NCBI GenBank assembly: GCA_030141605.1
Contig: JAQGDQ010000224.1
Location: forward strand, 248,001-312,000
DNA: 64,000 bases
Source of the DNA: Tubiluchus corallicola
Taxonomy: Eukaryota > Animalia > Priapulida
Direction of reading: 5' to 3'
Shown piece by piece: positions 60,223 through 64,000 of this stretch (positions are counted from its first letter, which is position 1; each line of letters opens with the position of its first letter). The notes under the pieces are model-generated. The model was not told where the DNA came from and searched no databases. It worked only from the letters and a program-made list of their open reading frames with translations. Made by a program: the position numbers and the translations under genes.

Positions 60223-60799
60223 TAATAAATATTATCTAATGCTAACGTTTTTCTTCTTGGCGTAACTTCTTAAAACTCACTTCCCAGCAGCGTGAAATGT
60301 CACTATGCAAGATCTTAGACAAGTTTGTTTGTCGTGCCTTTCCGTATTTTTTCACGACTTATTTCTATGTTCATAGTTTTGCACTTGGTCAATTAATTAA
60401 TTTATTAATAATTAGTCATTCAATTAATCATCTTTACCTACCTTATGATGCTTAGGTTCTTTTTGCAAAGTACAAATTCTGCCTGGGTTCTAATCCTGGG
60501 TTATAAATGTCAGATATTAGGTCTTCAAGTGAAGTTTTATAATTGCAGACCAGATCTTTTGTTACACAATAGCTATCCAGCCACATTGTTTAAACAAAAG
60601 TGCTTAGGTCTCTGTCAGAGACATGTGTCATTATTATATGCATGGATAAAAAAATTTGCTCGCCTGATCCACTCTTTTATTAGCCTGTACCAGATGGCGA
60701 GTGCCATCTGGTAGTGAATGTTAGCCGACTGATCAGTATTTTTGGATTCCAGTTAGTTCATCTTTTGTCTACTGAGCACAGTTTGTCTGCTTCCTTGTG

Positions 60800-62340
60800 C
60801 ACCAGCTTGCGTGATATTATAAGAGATTTCTAGTACATGCAAATTTGTCCAAGTAGATTTGAAGGTGCTGTTACAGTAGTGCTATTGATAATATATCTTC
60901 AAGCATTGAATTCCATAATTCCATAGGTTTACCTCCGCATTTGAGAAACTAAACTTGTATACATCCAACCTGAACTGTCTTTTATATATTTTATACCTGT
61001 GTCCTCTTGTTACTGAGGGGCAGCAATCAAAGAACATTGCAGGATATAATGAAGTCCGAAACACCTGTGAACATTTTACACATTTCGATTAGATGTCCTC
61101 TAGTAGGCTACGTCTATGTTCAGGGCTGTGTAGTTTGAGTTCCTGTAGTTTGTCCTCGTATGCACTGTTGTTTAACCCAGAGAAATTTTCACTGTTCTCC
61201 CTTGGATTTTCGATAGAGCTGAAAATAATATCTTTGACATAACGTGGGTTCCCCAAACTTGGCTTGATATTCAATGTGTGGCCTGACTAAGGTTTTATAT
61301 ATTGGTACGTTTCTATTCATACTAAGAATAGTTTTAAAGGTGGCTCCAAGTATCTGATTTTCCTTGGCAACTTTAACATCATTGACAGGTATTCGAAATT
61401 TGAGTTGGTTGTCCACAACAACACCCAAGCCTTTCTCAGAAGTAACCAATGGCAGGAATCTCCCATGAAATTGATAACCTAAATCACCTTGCAAGTCAGA
61501 TTGTAACAGATTGTAACTAGGATACACACCATGTAAGCTTAACATGCAAATTTGCTCAGTTTCGAGATGATACTGCTATCAATGTTGTCAATAGTCCTAG
61601 TACACTGCCTTGGGGTACTCCAGAAATAATTAACTGGAAGTGTCAATGATTGTTAGTTTTGTACTGTCTGTTAGCTTTCTATTTGTCAACCATTCTTTGG
61701 TCCAACTAAAAAGTTTACCAAGGACACCATGGGCTTGTAGTTCGACAAGTACACATTGATGAGGTGCCCTATCAAAAGTCCAAGGTCCAAATATCCCAAG
61801 TCCAAATATGTAATACCAACTGAAGACCCAGTGTCAATATAACTCAAAGAAGTCTAACAGATTGGTCACAATTGAACGTCATTTGAATAGTAAATTATTG
61901 CTAAATAACTTAGTGAAAATGTTCTGCATCTGCACTACAAGTATTTTACAGGCTATCTTGTCAAGGAGATTGGTCTATATAGTTGCTGCTACACTTCTGG
62001 AACCTTATGTATTGGCGTAATAGTAGAGAGCTTCTTTCTAGTGTGTTTGCATCTATCAATGATTTACGGTAGACAATAGTTGATGGTTCAGTAATTATAC
62101 AGTGCAGTTTTAAGTACATAGTTTAATGCAATAGATCAAGTCCTGGTGCAGAGTTGACATTAGTGTTTTGGTAATAATCCTCCTTAATATCAATGTCTTA
62201 ACTGTAGTGGTATATCGGTTGTAGAATCAATTGAAGGTAACGTTGACACATTCTCACTAGTAAACAAGGTGTTGAAAACCTCATTCAGAATTTTCAGCCA
62301 GATAATGAGGGTCTGTCACTTGTTCACCATTTAAAAATTG
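60800..62340 (-). pseudogene. Highly degenerate CR1-type LINE RT remnant
   Basis: Fragments EKGLGVVVDNQLKF, YKTLVRPHIEY, TRGHRYKIYK, VPQGSV, YRPISL with many frameshifts. Confidence 0.8.
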
Positions 62341-63571
62341 AAAAATCTTTATAATAATGATTACTAAATTATCGTAATGATAATAATCATATCGTTAACC
62401 ATTTTTAATCATTACTAGGTCAATTAAGACCTAGCAAAATGTAATTAAAATTCACAGATGGACACGTTTAAATAGTAGCCGAGCATAGTCGATATTGCCA
62501 ATTTACCATTCTCATCTTCATCATCATCATCTTTTTCTTGTTCATCATCATCATAATTTTCACAATCATCATCATTATTCTCGAGAAATTTTTTTTAAAA
62601 AAATATCAAAGGTTTTGTCTCCTTGCATTACATTTTAATGATGATCTTTTCTTTTATGTTGATTTAAGCATCTGAACATTTTGTTGACAGACTTTGATGC
62701 ACGGATGTGCAGATACAAACATAGTTTTTATACTGACTCTATGGTAATTGTAAGCATCTAGAAAAAAGATGATGCAGCCTGGAATACTTTGTTTTTTTCT
62801 AGAAACAGTCGAACCCGATCGCTTTCTGAACAGTGAATATACAGTTTTCGTTTGTAGAATAACGTATGAATAAGGTATGAAAACATTTTTTTATTTATTT
62901 TTGTTTTCTTTGTTTATTTTTTATCTTCCGTTTTCTTTCTTTAATCTCTTCCATCCCTTTTACTGGTGACTTCTGTGATGTTCCTTTGCTTTTTGTGTTA
63001 GTATTCCATGTAAATAAATTCGAATTAAACCAACTAAAGTTACGTTGCTCGATGGTTTGATGTAAAGGTGATACTTATTGCCGAAGACTGCAATTCAAGG
63101 CAGTAATTTTGAGTTCAAGAAATGGGAATATTAATTTTGCTCTTATTTGCCTAAGTATTTTACCCTTTTTTCCAAGTTATAATAATAGTATTAGTTTGTA
63201 TTTTAATGAATAAGACATTCTTGAACGACAGTATTATTTGCTTTATTTTGGTAGGGAGATTTTAGACAGACATTTTATTTATCTTCTCATTTACACCAGA
63301 ACACAAATAGACTATTATTGCTATAGTTATTAATTAAACAGGATGAATGATGTATGAAGGAAAGAGTTTGTGGGGTGCAGGAGAAAGGGTAGCGAAAGAC
63401 CAATTGGTCATCAAGTCAGCTACCCAAGTAAACATTTAAATAAAATGTTTACGTGTCTGATTATTTCATCTCAGTATCTGACTAGGCTTGTTCTGATATC
63501 GATCGTAGATTGGATTATTTTACAGTTTCGTTCATCTTCAATTGTTTCAATACAAAATGTCGTGATATATT

Positions 63572-64000
63572 GTGCACATTGAGAAAGTCGCTAACCAAAG
63601 GATTGGTCTAATCAAAAGTGCCACAGTATGCTGCAAAGCCAAAGTCTTCATTCTTTTGTACAAATCACTAGTTAGGCCTGTCTTAGAGTGCGCGGCTTCT
63701 GTTTGGTCTTCTCAGTTTTCTACTATCATCTATGCTTACGGTTTTCCCAAGGATTTCGACTGGGACAGTGTTTCTACTTTAGAACAGCAAAGGGCAACAA
63801 TTGACTTAGTTAATGCATATGAAGTAATAAATGAGAACTGGCACATCAATCCAAATTCTTTTTTCTATCGCCCATACAGACAACTTGAAGGTCATGGTCA
63901 TAAACTCTTTGTTCCATCTGTCATGTAAAATATTCATTAACATTTCTTTATTAACAGAGTCGTTCTTCGTTGGAACAAACTGTATGACAATGTTGAAAGA
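63572..64000 (+). pseudogene. Degenerate CR1-type LINE 3' fragment
   Basis: LYKSLVRPVLECAASVWS, LEQQRATIDL, GHGHKL. Confidence 0.8.

Overview
AT-rich, repeat-dense animal (invertebrate-like) genomic DNA, not prokaryotic. It holds two complete, convergent, intron-rich genes, both assembled by hand with consistent intron phases. VPS4 (+ strand, 12 exons, 8332-23811, ~435 aa) is an MIT + AAA ATPase. A VPS9D1-like gene (- strand, 14 exons, 56610-27896, ~657 aa) has an MIT-like N-terminus and a VPS9 GEF domain. The left end is the 5' part of a Gypsy LTR retrotransposon (- strand) with a tRNA-Pro primer-binding site, gag, an open pol and a slippery site plus pseudoknot for -1 frameshifting. Other mobile DNA includes a near-complete CR1/L2-group LINE (esterase ORF1; long hydrophobic leader, 2A-like motif, APE and RT), a 5S rRNA/RTE chimeric SINE3, a solo LTR, truncated LINEs, and hAT, Kolobok, pogo-like and foldback non-autonomous DNA elements. 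The most striking unexplained pattern is that many tandem repeats are amplified copies of the host genes' own splice junctions. Examples are 18 copies of an acceptor plus the catalytic GADD motif, 16 in-frame copies of another acceptor, stacked donors, and a whole exon duplicated with a 29-nt spacer that should force mutually exclusive use. Most long repetitive ORFs in the ORF track are minisatellite artefacts.
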